Source: Gekko japonicus (taxonomy: Eukaryota). From it: 64,000 nucleotides of DNA. Position 1 is the first letter of the stretch, and every line of letters starts with the position of its first letter. The position numbers and the translations under genes are program-made. Below are positions 51,625 to 64,000 of the stretch, piece by piece. The stretch spans positions 26,035 through 90,034 of the forward strand of contig NW_015170315.1 in NCBI RefSeq assembly GCF_001447785.1. Direction: 5' to 3'. The notes under the pieces are model-generated. The model did not search any database and was not told the origin of the DNA. It worked only from the letters and a program-made list of their open reading frames with translations.

Positions 51625-53840
51625 GTCCCACCCCACTGCATGTGTAATCGAAAGTCTCTATGGGGCACAGGATTTCATAAAATGAACAGAGATAAGAGAT
51701 TGGATTTGTACTCCGCCCTTTACTACCTGAAGGAGTCTAAGAGTTGCTTACAATCTCCTTTTCCTTCCTCTCCTCACAATAGACACCCTGTGAGGTGGGT
51801 TGGGCTGAGAGAGCTCTTTCGAGAATTGCTCGTGAGAGAACAGCTCTGAAAGAACTTGTAACTGAGCCAAGGTCACACAAGCAGCTGCATGTGGAGGAGT
51901 GGGGAATCAAACCTGGTTCTCCCTGATTAGAGTCTGTGCTCCTAACCACTACACCAAAACTGGCCCATTTCTGAGATACTCCATTTCTCTAATTTGGTTT
52001 TTAAAATGAAGCCAAAAATTCTCATGGCTACTTCATTGAGCGTGTGCAAACCTGGCAATGCTTGAGAGTTGTTCCCATAGTCGTCTTACGTTCTGATAAC
52101 CTGGGACCAAACTGCATGTGACTGTGGCATTCTCAGAAACTCAAGACATATTATTTGGCCCTAAAAAGAAGCAGCCTCTGAAGCACAGTGTGGATCAGGA
52201 TGTGGTCCTGGAAGAACGGCCAAACTATATGTGTGGAGTTCCAGTCATGAAACTCCAGGGTTAAACAAAATTTGATTCTAATTAAGTAGTGTTTGCAGGC
52301 TTGCATTTTAGTTCTTCAAGCTGTTCAAAATAGTAAAAATAAATTAACAACCCCCCCCCAGTAAAAATGCATTTACTTGAAAGGAAAATGGCCCTGAACA
52401 CAAGACGACCCCTTTAAAACATTATACACCCACACAAAATGTATTATTCTGCATAGCTGTTACTTGTATGCGAATATATGATGACCCCCCCCCTTTTTGA
52501 TGGCATACGTGAAAAAAACCTAGTTTTGCATTTGTGTAAACACTGTTGGTTAAATAAGCATTTGAACCTATTCAAGTTGCATATACAAAAGTAACTTAAT
52601 CTTAAGGCAACCATCCCCCCCAGCTCAAATTCCATGGAAGGAAGGAAGACCCACCCAACATCCCTTCACCAAGATTTATTCCCTTTCCAGAATGCTTGCA
52701 AATGCCACCATTTGCTTAAAAGCTACCGGGCACTGGGCACAGTAAATCCACTTGCAAGCTGGTCTGAGACTGTGATTTAGATACTCCTTTTGCTCTGCAA
52801 AGGAACTTGGACAAGATGCCTGCATTCCTACCAGCTTAGTGCACAGGATTGCTGTGCCACACTTTTGATCCAACAGAGACACGGACACAGATGGAAAATC
52901 AGAAAGTCCTTGGGACTGCCAAGGAAGACAGTGCCAGTGACACTCCGGAAAGAGAAAATCAATTATCCAACAAAATGGGCTAATTAGGATGAGTTTGCAG
53001 TTACCATAAAAATATATTGCACAAGGATTTCTCACTGTCAAAAATAGCAACACTTTTTTTCCCTTTTCCTTGCAAGTACAGTGATGGCTTTCTAAGGGGT
53101 GCCTAGTGGCTTGGTCTTCTGAGCTATAGCACAGAGGCATCAATTCATACCATACGGCACAAGAAGCCGAGCAGCATCTAAGTTGCTCCATTGCTTCATC
53201 CTGCACAAACATAGCTGTGCCACAGGAGGACCATAGTAGAGGTTTGGTAGGGAGGAGAAAGGTAGGGGACTCTTGCCCCTTATAGAGCACCCTCTTTTTT
53301 TGGCCTATAGATCCTGAAGAGATAATATGAGAGTGGGGACTTTTTATTTATATTTATTTAGGTAATTTATACTCTGTGGGGATCCAAAGTGGCTTAAATC
53401 ATTCTCCACTTTTCCATTTTATCCTCACAACAACCAACCATCCATGGCAGAATGGAGATTTGAACCTGGATCTCCCAGATCCTGGCCCAGGGCTCCAACC
53501 ACCACACCATGCTGGTTCTCTTTTGTTTTAACCTTTATCCCAAGGAGCTCGGAACGAGAGTATTTCCCTGTCCCCTTGTATCATCACAAAGACCACGTGT
53601 GGGAGATTTGAGTGTGAGATAATGACTAGCCCAAGGTCACACAGTGAGTTGAACGGCTGAGAGGGGCTCTGAGTCGAAATCTCCCAAGATCAAGTCTAGC
53701 ATTTCATCCAGCATGCTACACTGGCTGTCGTAGAGTATTCCTAGGAAGGTAGTCTGAACTAGGAGGCTCAGCTGTGCTCCTGGTGTTGTTTCTCAACTGT
53801 AGTGGCAGAATTCATTTTGGCACTGGTGCAATGTAAATCT

Positions 53841-54345
53841 GGCCCCATTCACACGGGAGGATTTGCCACAGGAGAGGGACAGATCAGGGACTCATCAAGC
53901 AGGCACGATCATACCGCAACATCTGGGAAGCGGAGCGCACCTGTCCCCGATCTGTCCCTTCCGGGCGAAACCGCGCATCAAAAAGGTAGCACCAAAACAG
54001 TACTACTTACTGGTTGACGCACAGCATGGGCGGACGTCTGATTGCTGACGCGCCCGTCTCCCCGCAGCATCTGAGACCCTGTTGAACTGTGCATGCATGC
54101 GCATGCGCAACAGGCTCGCCTCCTCTCCTGTCCGTGGCTCCCCCCCCGGCATCTGATCATGCTGGGGAGCAACTGCGTGGCGGCTCGGGGGATCTGTCTG
54201 ATTCCACCGCCGCGCTTCTCTTTTGTTGCAGCTCTAAAAAGCTGCCGGGGGCTTCTGTCTGATCCCGCCGCCGCACTTCTCTTTTGTTGCAGCTCTAAAA
54301 AGCGGCACTTTAGCCGCACCTTTCCCCCCTGGTGTGACTGGGGCC
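53841..54345. mobile_element. Harbinger-like MITE, same family as 36125, with an internal tandem duplication of about 60 bp
   Basis: TIRs ggccccattcacac/gtgtgactggggcc; flanks tct/tca. Confidence 0.8.
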
Positions 54346-54565
54346 TCAATTGTTAATTCTGAGATATTAGTCTAGAATCCTTGCAGTGCAGGAAAAATGG
54401 AAAATGGGAAGGCAGTGGGAAAGATGATAGAGGCCGTTCGGGTAAGGTGAAGCTAGAGTGGTTCAGAATTTTTATTTTTATTTTGCAATCCTGTTAATGA
54501 AATAGTCATAGCATTACAGGGCAGTAGATATATTTCTTGAAAGCAAAATAATAAAAAGCCCAGAA

Positions 54566-54760
54566 GCACCTTTAAGACTAACAAACTTTATTGTAGCATA
54601 AGCTTTCAGGAAACACAGCTCTCTTCATTAGATGCATGGAGACAAAAAGAGCTGTGTTCCTCGAAAGCTTATTCTACATCAAAGTTTGTTAGTCTTAAAG
54701 GTGTTACTGGGCTTTTTACTATTTTGCAACAACAGACTAACACAGCTAACTCCTCTGTTT
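54566..54760. mobile_element. Penelope-like foldback element, second subfamily
   Basis: Arms gcacctttaagactaacaaac...taagctttc and gaaagctta...gttagtcttaaaggtg. Confidence 0.65.
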
Positions 54761-57700
54761 CTTGAAAGCGTAGGTGTACATGCCTGACTTTCCAAAGATG
54801 GCAAGTACAAGTCTCTGTTCTCTTAATTCCATTTGCCTCCATATAAACAGAAGCCCAATCCATTGGTTTAAGAAAGCCAAAGATAGTAGGACCCCCTGCC
54901 CCAAGTCTGGGTCAAGGACTGTGGACAGTATCTCCCGCTCTGGTGGTGCCAGTATGGTGCTTATATCTGTATCTACGTATTTTACTTCAGTATCTACCAC
55001 CTTTCCATTAGCATACTCCAGACAGTTAAAATCTAAATGGCATAAAGAGTTTACTCTAAATCTGTTCTAAATCAATACAAAATGTTAACAATAAAGAAAA
55101 GGCTGCCGTGATAGCAAAATTAGGACTAGCAGTTCAGTCTGTTACTGGCAATAGATGCTGGGTATCCACCTCAAGAACAGAAAGTGGAAGGCAGTCATTG
55201 GCTCTTCCTTCTGCCACTGGCAGCCAATGATATCAGGTGGCCAGAGCAGGGATGACAAGCTGATGCCTGTTCTTGGTCCCTTCCTCTGCTGCCAGCACAG
55301 GGGAGGATGCTTCTTCAAAGAACCTATCCTGTGAGCGCTACATGTATCTGTCCAGCGCGCAGCACACTGCTTGGGCTAAATAATTGTTAAATAGTTGTGA
55401 TTTGTAGCAGCCCTAGTAGCCCAGATTGTCCCGCTCTTGTCAGAGCTTGGAAGCTAGGCAGGAGCAGTACCTGAATGGGAAACCACCAAGGCAGACTCTG
55501 CAGAGGAAGGCAATGGAAAACCACCTCTGCTCATCTCATGTCTTGAAAACCCCACGATGTGGAACATCACGGGGTCACCGTGAGTCAGCTGCAACTCGAT
55601 AGCACACTGTGATTCATGCTGAAGTTGTAATGGGGGATCAAGGGTGTGTGTCATGGAAGCTAAAACCTGCACAGAAACCATCCCATACCTCGACATTTTA
55701 GTATTCAGGATGCACTGAAAGTTAATGCTTACCCAAAAATGCATTTGTGTAGACATTTGTTTCTCGTCAGGAAAAACATATATGCACCTATTTTGACAGC
55801 AGCCTTTTTGGCAATCTTTTGAATAGGGTACAAAAGGGACAAATCTTTTCTGCAGCTGCACCCAGGATGCCCATTTGGTGCCTCCTGTCAAGTATCTGGC
55901 ATTGCAACTGGTCCCCTGGAGCCTTATCAGTGCAAAATAGCAGACGTATTTAAAGTCAGCATTCTCCTGCTCTGAGTTTGCTTGGTTTTCTCTCAGTGAT
56001 GCCACTGGACAGACAAATCTTATTGGCCACGATCAGATTGCTAAGAGTTGCCAGGAAGAAAGTTAATTTGAATAGAAACTGCCACCAATTGGGATTGTGA
56101 ACAACAGCAAATTGGTACGAAAAGGGTGTTATTCCGGGGGGGGGCGCCCTCCCCAGGGGGACAAAAATGTGCTTTTTTCATGCCAAAAGAGCTTGCCCCT
56201 TCTCTCAAATTTGGCATGGCAATAGTTAAAACAAATTAGTGGTAGAGAGTATTGTTTTTAATCCTTTGCTTATGGGAGTAGATCTGGAGTACGTTAAAGC
56301 AGAACCTGTTCCAAATGAGAAGAAAATGACTTCTGCTCTGTAGTACATAAAAGGTAAAATGATCTTTCTGCATAATAAAGAGCTTTTTTTTCAGTTCTGT
56401 TTTTCCCCCCCCCCCCAAAGATCCTCACTGCAAGGGGGGGGGACTAACCCAGGATTTCCACGTGGGAAACAATTTGTCACTGTGTTAGAAGCAAAGACAG
56501 GTTAATGTTTCAGTCATTTGCAGTGGTCTGCCTGGCTGGGAATGGGGTGTTAAGCAAGGGGGAGATGGAAAAATAATCACCAGCCCAGTGGGAAGCGTTT
56601 TGTGCAGAGCCTTGGCTAGGCTATTAGTTGCTGCACGCTGCAGCGCTCTCCGAAGCAGAGAAGCAAAGCCGTTGTCCACAGGGTGCTGCCACACTGGCTT
56701 GTTCTCTTTCTTTTTTTGTTTACACAATATCTCAAGCTGTGAACTCAGCACAGCTGCCGGACACCGTTTCCTTTTGACAAAGTCCTATCTTGGTTCCGTT
56801 TACTAAGCGGAAAAGCGCTCCACATGGTATGCCGCCATCTCACATGAAGCAGGAGAGATGGGAAACGCATCTGTCACAGAGTGGGGAATCAAACCCGGTT
56901 CTCCCAGATTAGAGTCCACACACTTAACCACTACACCAAACTGGCTCTCGCTGCAACTCTCATCCCATATAAGTTCATTAGACTGCATGCATTTAGACTT
57001 CACGTGCGGTTCCTGCACAGAGAGTGGGATTTATTGGATGTAGTGATAACCACATGCATAGATGGCTTTAAAAGGCAAATAGACTCAGTCTCATCAGATC
57101 TTGGAAGCTAAGCAGGGTCAGCCCTGGTTAGTACTTATATGGGAGACCACCAAGGAAGTCCAGGATTGCCAAATAGAGGCAGGCAATGGCAAACCACCTC
57201 TGAACATCTCTTGCCTTAAAAACCTTATGAGGTCACCATACGTTGGCTACGACTTGATGGCACTTCTCTCCACCAGACAGATTCATGGAGGATAGATTCA
57301 TCAGTAGAATCTTTATGTCCAAAGGCAGCAAAGCTCTGAATACTGGGGCTAAGAGGCAATATCAGGGAAAGGCCCTGGCCTCTGTGTGTCCTCGACCCTC
57401 CAGGGCTGCAAACTTCAGCTGGTCCAAACTGCAGTAGGCAGGCCAAGGTGGTATACAAGGACAATATCACACTACTGCTGAAAGATCTGCACTGGCTGCC
57501 GGTCTGTTTCTGGGCACAATTCAAAGTGTTGGTTCGTATCTTTTAATGTCCATAATGGCTTGGAGTCTGGGTACTTGAAGGTGGCAAGCAAAGACTGGGC
57601 TTTTTCAGTGGTGATGTCTTGCGTGTGGAATGCCTTTTACTCTGAGTCTTTCCTGGCATCTACTCAACTATCTTTTCTAGATGCCCAATCAAACCATTTA

Positions 57701-60225
57701 CTTGTACCCAGGCTTTTAATCAAAGGGTTGATCTGTTAAATTAATTTCTGTGGTTTGCTTCTTGCCTAAGAACTACTTCATGGGACTCATGTTAAGACAT
57801 TAAATGTTTTAATAGTGAACATACAAACATAAGAGAAGCCATTTTTGATCAGGCCAATGGCCCACCCACTCTGTGTCACACAGTGGCCAAAACCCAGGTG
57901 CCCATCAGGGGGTCCACCAGCAGGGCCAGAACTCCAGAAGCCCTCTGTTGCCCCCCAAGCTCCAAGAATACAGAGCATCCCTGCCCCAGACATAGTGTTC
58001 CATCTATACCTGTGGCTAATAGCCCGATGGACCTCTGCTACGTATGTTTATTCAATCACCTCTTGAAGCTTATAGTGCATTAATTGTTATAACTTTTATG
58101 GTGTTTTATGTTGTTGTTTCATTTTATTTCTCTATGGAGAGGCATGGTAGAAGTAACTTAAATAAATAAACAAACTGGTTGGCCACCATGTGAAATGGGA
58201 TGCTGGACTTGATGGACCACTGCTGTGATCCAGCAGGACTCTTCTTGTGTTCTTACAGAAATGATATGTGCATAGGGTTTTTATGTGTGATCAGGAAGCC
58301 TGAAAAAAGCAACAAACATGCATGGTGAAGGAGGTGGAACCTGACACTGCAGTCCCTCTTCCTTCACACACACATCCCTCCCAGTGTGCTCATTGTATAA
58401 GTTTATGTTGTCTGAAGAGATCCAGGAAGGATTTTCTGATCCTCTTACTACAAACCCAGCTGGCAGCTTAACCTGAGTGAAAGGACTCTCAGTTCTGCCG
58501 AGTTTTGGCAGCTTTGCAGTGGCATAGTACATGAACATTTCGTTGCAAGTCGATTGTGTGTTGAAGCAATCATGCAATCTCTTCACTATGAGCTCAAAAT
58601 AGCTGTGCCGTTCTTCTGTTCCCATTGTGCCACTTGAGTTGAGTGAATCGGCCCTTGGAATCAAAGGGCCAGCTCAGACAAATTCATGTGGCTATAGGAG
58701 ACTTTTTCAGATGCTTTGATTTTGACAGGTCAAATGCATGTAAGATAAAGATCATGCTACATACAATCTTCTCAACACACAGGATTGCCATTCTGTCTAA
58801 CTAGGACAGTATTTTTTCCCCTCCAGTATGCATGAATGGAACACTGCATTTTCAAGATCTGCATATACTGAAGCCATAAAATATGTGCATTGCAATAGTT
58901 TTCTTTGCAAAAAGGAGATGTGTAGGGCCCTGACATGGCTCGGACTGACACCTCGAGGTAGGGGCTAATTTCCCCCTGTCGTCTCAACCTGAAAACATCT
59001 CAAGGAACTTCCATTCTCACATTGGGGAAACATTTGGACCATGCAAAAACCTGTATGCCTTCCCCAGTGGGCCAAACAGCAATTCCACAAGACTGTTTGA
59101 GGTCAAGACAACTGCATGAGGAGGTTCTCTTTCTATGCCACCATCTCAAATTAGATTGGGGCCCTGGATAGCTCCTATTACATAGAAAAATTGCTTGGGA
59201 ACTCTGACAATAGAATTCTCCTTTTTTTTTTTTTTTTTAAAGGTTTTTTATTAATAGAATTCTCAGCATCACATCTAGTTCAGCTTTAAGCTAGTGTCCA
59301 AGGATCAGGACAATTGTAGTTTCACACAGGAAGATACATGGGATTATTTCCTCCATCTTCCTTCTTTGAGGGAACTGATCCAGTATTTAATGTGTTCACT
59401 TTTTCTTTAAAACCTTTCTTGCTGGCTCAGGAAAAAAGGATTCAGTTGCTGAACTAACTTAGAGTTATGGCCAGGAAGGCTTTCTGAAGCGATAGCCTAA
59501 GTTTGCTTTTTTAAAAATAACATAGGTAATTTATTGGTTTATTCCATACTAGATCTGGGAAACATTCCTTTTGGTGCCATTTAATTGGTTGAAAATGGTC
59601 AAAAATCCCCTGCTTCTTTAACCTTCAGTGTAAATTGACTCTTATTCTTTCCTCAGGGCCCAAACTGTGTGACTGAAGAGTCCAACCTCATAACAATTTT
59701 CTCCTTACTTCAAAACAGCAGTTGTGGTTGGTTTCCTTCTACACTGTTTCTCTGATTTTATTTGACCCTCTTGGGGAAAAAATACAGATTATATAGGTTA
59801 TGCCTTATAGATTACCTCCAAATCCTTTTGTTAATGTTCTCTGGAAATTGTCATGCCACCAACTGGAACACGGTACTCCATATTCGAAACCTTGCATATA
59901 GGAAATCTGTAATGTCTGTTATTCCTGACCTGGATACCCTAGGCTAGCCTGATCTCATCAGATCTTGGAAGCTAAGCAGGGTCAGCCCTGCTGAGTATTT
60001 GGATGGGAGATCACCAAGGAAGTCCAGGGTCATGATAAAGAAGCAGACAATGGCAAACTGCCTCTGAGCTTCTCTTGCCTTGAAACCCTTAAAGGGTTGC
60101 TGTAAGTCGGCTTCAACTTGATGGCAAAAAATAAATGTCTAAAGTGACCATTGACATGCCTGGTTTTGGTGTGTGTACAACTGAATGAGCAATATTCTGA
60201 TATGCAACTGTTTGTGTGTGTAACG

Positions 60226-60402
60226 AAGTCTGAGTCCAGTGGCACCTTTAAGATGAACAAGGTTTTATTCAAGGTATAAGCTTTTGTGTGCATGCACACG
60301 AAAGCTTATACCTTGAATGAAACTTTGTTCGTCTTAAAGGTGCCACTGGATTCAAACTTTGTTCTGCTGCTTCAGACTAACATGGCTGCCCACCTGAATC
60401 TG
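60226..60402. mobile_element. Penelope-like foldback element, palindromic over 60226-60359
   Basis: Arms of about 67 bp centred on gtgtg-catg-cacac, followed by GAAAGCTTA. Same family as the copies at 19048, 36045 and 54566. Confidence 0.7.
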
Positions 60403-60561
60403 TGTTTGTATGTGGCGGGGTCACCCTGTTACTTTATTCTAATGAAGGCTGGGTGTGAGGTATACTTTTCTGGATGAGGTAATGCAGGAATCCAAGTCTG
60501 AAGTGCAGCATAGAGTAGTACATAAAGTTTTAGACTTCAGACTGAAGGTTTAGGCCGGGGA

Positions 60562-60658
60562 GACCTTGGTTCAGATGAGTTAAACCAGTGCGGCCTTGGT
60601 TCAGATGAGTTAGACCAGGGTGACCTTGATTCAGATCAGTTAGACCAGGGTAACCTTA
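60562..60658 (+). repeat. 30-bp tandem repeat, about 3.2 copies
   Basis: Units of gaccttggttcagatgagttagaccagggt. Confidence 0.85.
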
Positions 60659-63600
60659 GGCCTTTCACCATCTCATAAGGTCCTGGTTAGGATCAACGGC
60701 AGAGGTGAGAGAGGACCACTGCCCTGAGCTTCTTGACAGAAGGACATAATTAAAATGTAATCAGGCTAGCAGCTCTATTTTTCTTGAAATTGGCTGTTGT
60801 TTTTCTGTCCCTTCCCCCCATGGTACTGAAAAGGTCACCAAATGCAATTTGTGCAGCCCTATAGCCATGATTGGGATGTGGAATGGTATAGCATAGCCTG
60901 ATCTTGTCAGATCTTGGAAACTAAGCAGGGTTAACTTGGTACTTGGATGGGAGATCACTGAGGAAGACTCTGCAGAGGAAGGCAATGGCAAACCACCTCT
61001 GCTTCTTGCTCACCTTGAAAGCCCCTTCCTAGAGTCGCTGTAAGTCCTTGATAGGGTGTGCATACATATAGCCAGTATTTCAATGAAGCCCTGGTCTGTA
61101 CCCCTGTCACCCAGTACTATAAAATGCATTCAGAAACTTTGCTGTAGGACATTCTTTATATCTGTCTTGAAGACAGAGCATTCAGGCTGCTGGACTTGCA
61201 CATGTGAGTCAGAAAGGGAATATTTAAAGCATTTCTATTAACCAGTTGCCAGGAAAAGGACTGCCAGGCAGGCCACACTGAAACCCAAAGCTGCTGCTTT
61301 TCCTGAAACTCAGTACTCTTGGCCGGTAGTCCAGACAGACAGGGTGAAAAGGGAAGAGTGGAAAGCGTTCCTGGGTAAGCAAAGCGAGTGCAGGAGCCGT
61401 AGCTTCTATCGGGTGTTGTGCCAACTTACCTGGTTCCATGGTGTGATCAGGAAACCCTTCTAGCTTGTTCCAGGGATTGAAATGCAGTACTTGTGGCCTC
61501 CATTTGCTCTCTGCCTTTACCCTTGGTTCTTTTTATTCATGCCCAAGAGGCTGCTGGCAGAGATAAGCTTTTTTGGCTGCTTGATTTCTGTATCTTTCTC
61601 TTCATGCCTTTGTAGAAGTCAAAGGCGTCACCGGCTGTTTTTCCAGGGAGCTGCTTATCTCCTGAACAGCTTCACCTGAATATAAATATCCTTATCCCCC
61701 AATGTAGATCCTGATGGCCTTTGCCTGAAATAACCCATCTGATTTCCATGGGCTTTGTAGAAGGGCTTTTTTTTTTTTAATCTCCAAGGTCTCCTGCTAA
61801 TATCCTAAATTTCCTGTCCTGCTCAATATTTGCACATCTTTCCCCACATCTGTTCTTTGCAGCTTGTTCCCACACGTCTCCCACTTCTGTCTGCCAAGCC
61901 AGGGCATGAAGAGAAGACAATTGCTGTTAGCTCAGCAATTCCAAACTATGTGCCATGAGAAATAAAGAGACTAAATAATTAAAGGTTCCTGGGAAACCCA
62001 GAGTACCACCTACAAATTACCACCTGCCCTCTGTGTCCCTGCATGATTCTTTGCTTTAGCCTTGCTTGTCCCCTGTTAACCTCTGTTGAGAATGTGGAGA
62101 GCTTTGCAGACCCCTTGTGTCAAGTGTGGCTGCATCTAGTGTGATTGGTCCAAAGCTGCAGAAGAATTACCCTTCCCTGAGGAGACTGCATATTGTATCT
62201 CTGCAAGAGTCGCTGCTCTGAGTTCAGGCAGGAGGAGAGCCCAGGTCAGTGTCTCATGCAAAAATATAGGCAGTTGGCTCTTCTGAGATAGGATCATTGT
62301 TAACCCTCACGGCTCTTAAAGGAAGCCTTTCAGGTATAAAGTCAAATGTGTCCTGTCTTGAGTCAGAAAAAAAACTGAAAACTGATTTGTTATTAGGAAT
62401 TTGGAAAACAGTTCATGAGAAAGAAACAGCCATACTAGTGCATTCTGATCCCTTAGTGCTAAGCCCAGTTTTAGGTTTTGTTATGTTATGGTTTTCCATG
62501 TGTTGTGTCTGGGTTCCCTGGCTTGAATTTCGGTCAGTCAGTCACACATCAGTTATGAGTTCCTGCTGGGAACTCAGTTTCCAAGTACATGAAGGCCTTG
62601 TTTGAACTTGGGACAACAGTGTGCAGGAAGAAATTATTTCTGCCTCTGGCCACATCATTTCCCCAATCCAGAACAGCCATGGAAGGGACTACCTGGCCCA
62701 TTGGTGGGGAGTGCACATGTAGCCCATCAGTACATGACTCCAAGCCATTCCAGGTCAGAAAGTGTATGTCAGGGGAAGGCAGAAGTCCCCTGTGTCTGTG
62801 CACCACAGTCCCTATCTGAATCGGGCCCTTCACATAACTTGGAAACTGGAAATTTCCTGCCAAATAATTGTAAATATGTTTTGCATCAGTTGCACATATG
62901 GCATCTGAGCGTTAAAATGCCACAAAAGAAACAAACAGAATGGTAACACCAGCAATGTAAGATGGGTGGAACAAGATGGCCAGAACAACCATGTAAAAAA
63001 CTAAAAGAAAACCGAAAGAGGGCTTATTAATGCACCTCTGGTTTGAGTCCCATTGCCTGATAGTGTTTACATTGGATAATACAATGAAAATATGCAAAAA
63101 TGTGTGTGAAGGGAAGGTGTGTATAAAAATGTGTTAAGGCTCGCTAGGAAGCAAAGAAGTTCTGGTGGTTGGTGAGCTACTCCTGCTTAGCTGCATTCCC
63201 CCCCAAAAAAAAAATTATGGTCAATATCCTGGTAAGTTTCCGGCTTTTGTGATGGGGAAGATAGTTCCTCACTAGTGGTACTAACTATCCAATATTTCTT
63301 TCATTACTTGGTCAGTGATTGAAAGGATTATTGTAGTTTAGTGGTTATGATAAGTTTTCTTAAGCTGCTCAAGTGCTATAACAATTGACATAATACATTT
63401 TAAAATGCCCGTAACAGTACATGCATTTGGCATTTTTCTGTATGTTATAAATGCATCCCATACATTTTCTCACCAGTGCTTACTACAACACTGTGAAATT
63501 GGTCACTGTTATTATTGTACAATTGTTCCCTTATTGAATATTTGATCATCCAAAAATTGTTTCTTAAAAAGAAAAGTATAGTTTTTTCTTACTCTGCTTT

Positions 63601-64000
63601 CCGCTTTTTCTTTAGAATGTATTCTCTTTTTCAGACTAGGGCTTTGAATTAATCTGGAACCAGACAGAAGCAGGCTGCCATTGAGGTGCGGTTTGGACAT
63701 GAGAAATGGCACCGCTGCCCAAAACTATTTTGTGGTTCTCTCACTCTTTTGCTTTATTTTTAAAAAGGAAGAAAAAAAACCCTGTAAGAAGTAGTAAAGC
63801 AAAACAGACTTTAGCAGGAAAAAAGCCTTCTGTGTCAATTCAGGTTTCTTTCAACTGTGTCATAGAAGGAATAAGGTGAGCTGAATGATGTGTTAATCCC
63901 AGGTTAGGCAAACCACATGCCCAGCTCTGTGGTTATCCCTGGAGCATATCAAATGAGGCTTGGTGCTCTGCCATATGGCATATACCACTGGAGTCTGGTC

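Noticed and set aside
52676-56005. 204-aa and 183-aa minus-strand ORFs
   Set aside because: No domain similarity or codon bias, one runs into a SINE, and both are consistent with chance ORFs.
60562-60658. CRISPR-like 30-bp repeats
   Set aside because: The units are contiguous with no unique spacers, there are no cas genes, and the context is vertebrate.
39075-64000. MATN4 coding exons
   Set aside because: No signal-peptide exon, vWA (DxSxS) motif or EGF cysteine pattern was found in the ORF track or by reading.

Overview
Vertebrate genomic DNA, inferred from its repeats to be a squamate and probably a gecko. It carries Sauria SINEs, Squam-type tRNA SINEs, 5S-headed SINEs, CR1/L2/RTE LINE fragments, hAT and Harbinger-like MITEs and Penelope-like fragments. 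The only recognisable protein-coding gene is RBPJL (the CSL-family paralog of RBPJ) on the minus strand. Seven phase-compatible GT-AG internal exons lie between 20102 and 1699, a candidate first coding exon lies at 23491-23558, and the 3' exons fall off the left edge. A CpG island at about 37650-38445 runs into a 629-nt assembly gap and holds a probable non-coding first exon of a divergent plus-strand gene. MATN4 is the synteny expectation, but no coding exon of it is visible. The rest is intron/intergenic DNA with dense nested transposons. Most notable observations: (1) repeated Penelope-like foldbacks built around degenerate minimal hammerhead-ribozyme motifs, two of them inverted exactly at the ribozyme stem II loop; (2) a 190-bp-arm inverted repeat just upstream of the putative RBPJL start; (3) an RBPJL beta-trefoil pocket that looks more RBPJ-like than the mammalian protein; (4) an abundant 5S-head/RTE-tail SINE; (5) a 38-bp segment copied between two inverted SINEs; (6) a 716-bp near-identical tandem duplication. 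No CRISPR arrays or prokaryotic systems are present. Family names and comparisons to mammalian proteins are from recall, not from database searches.
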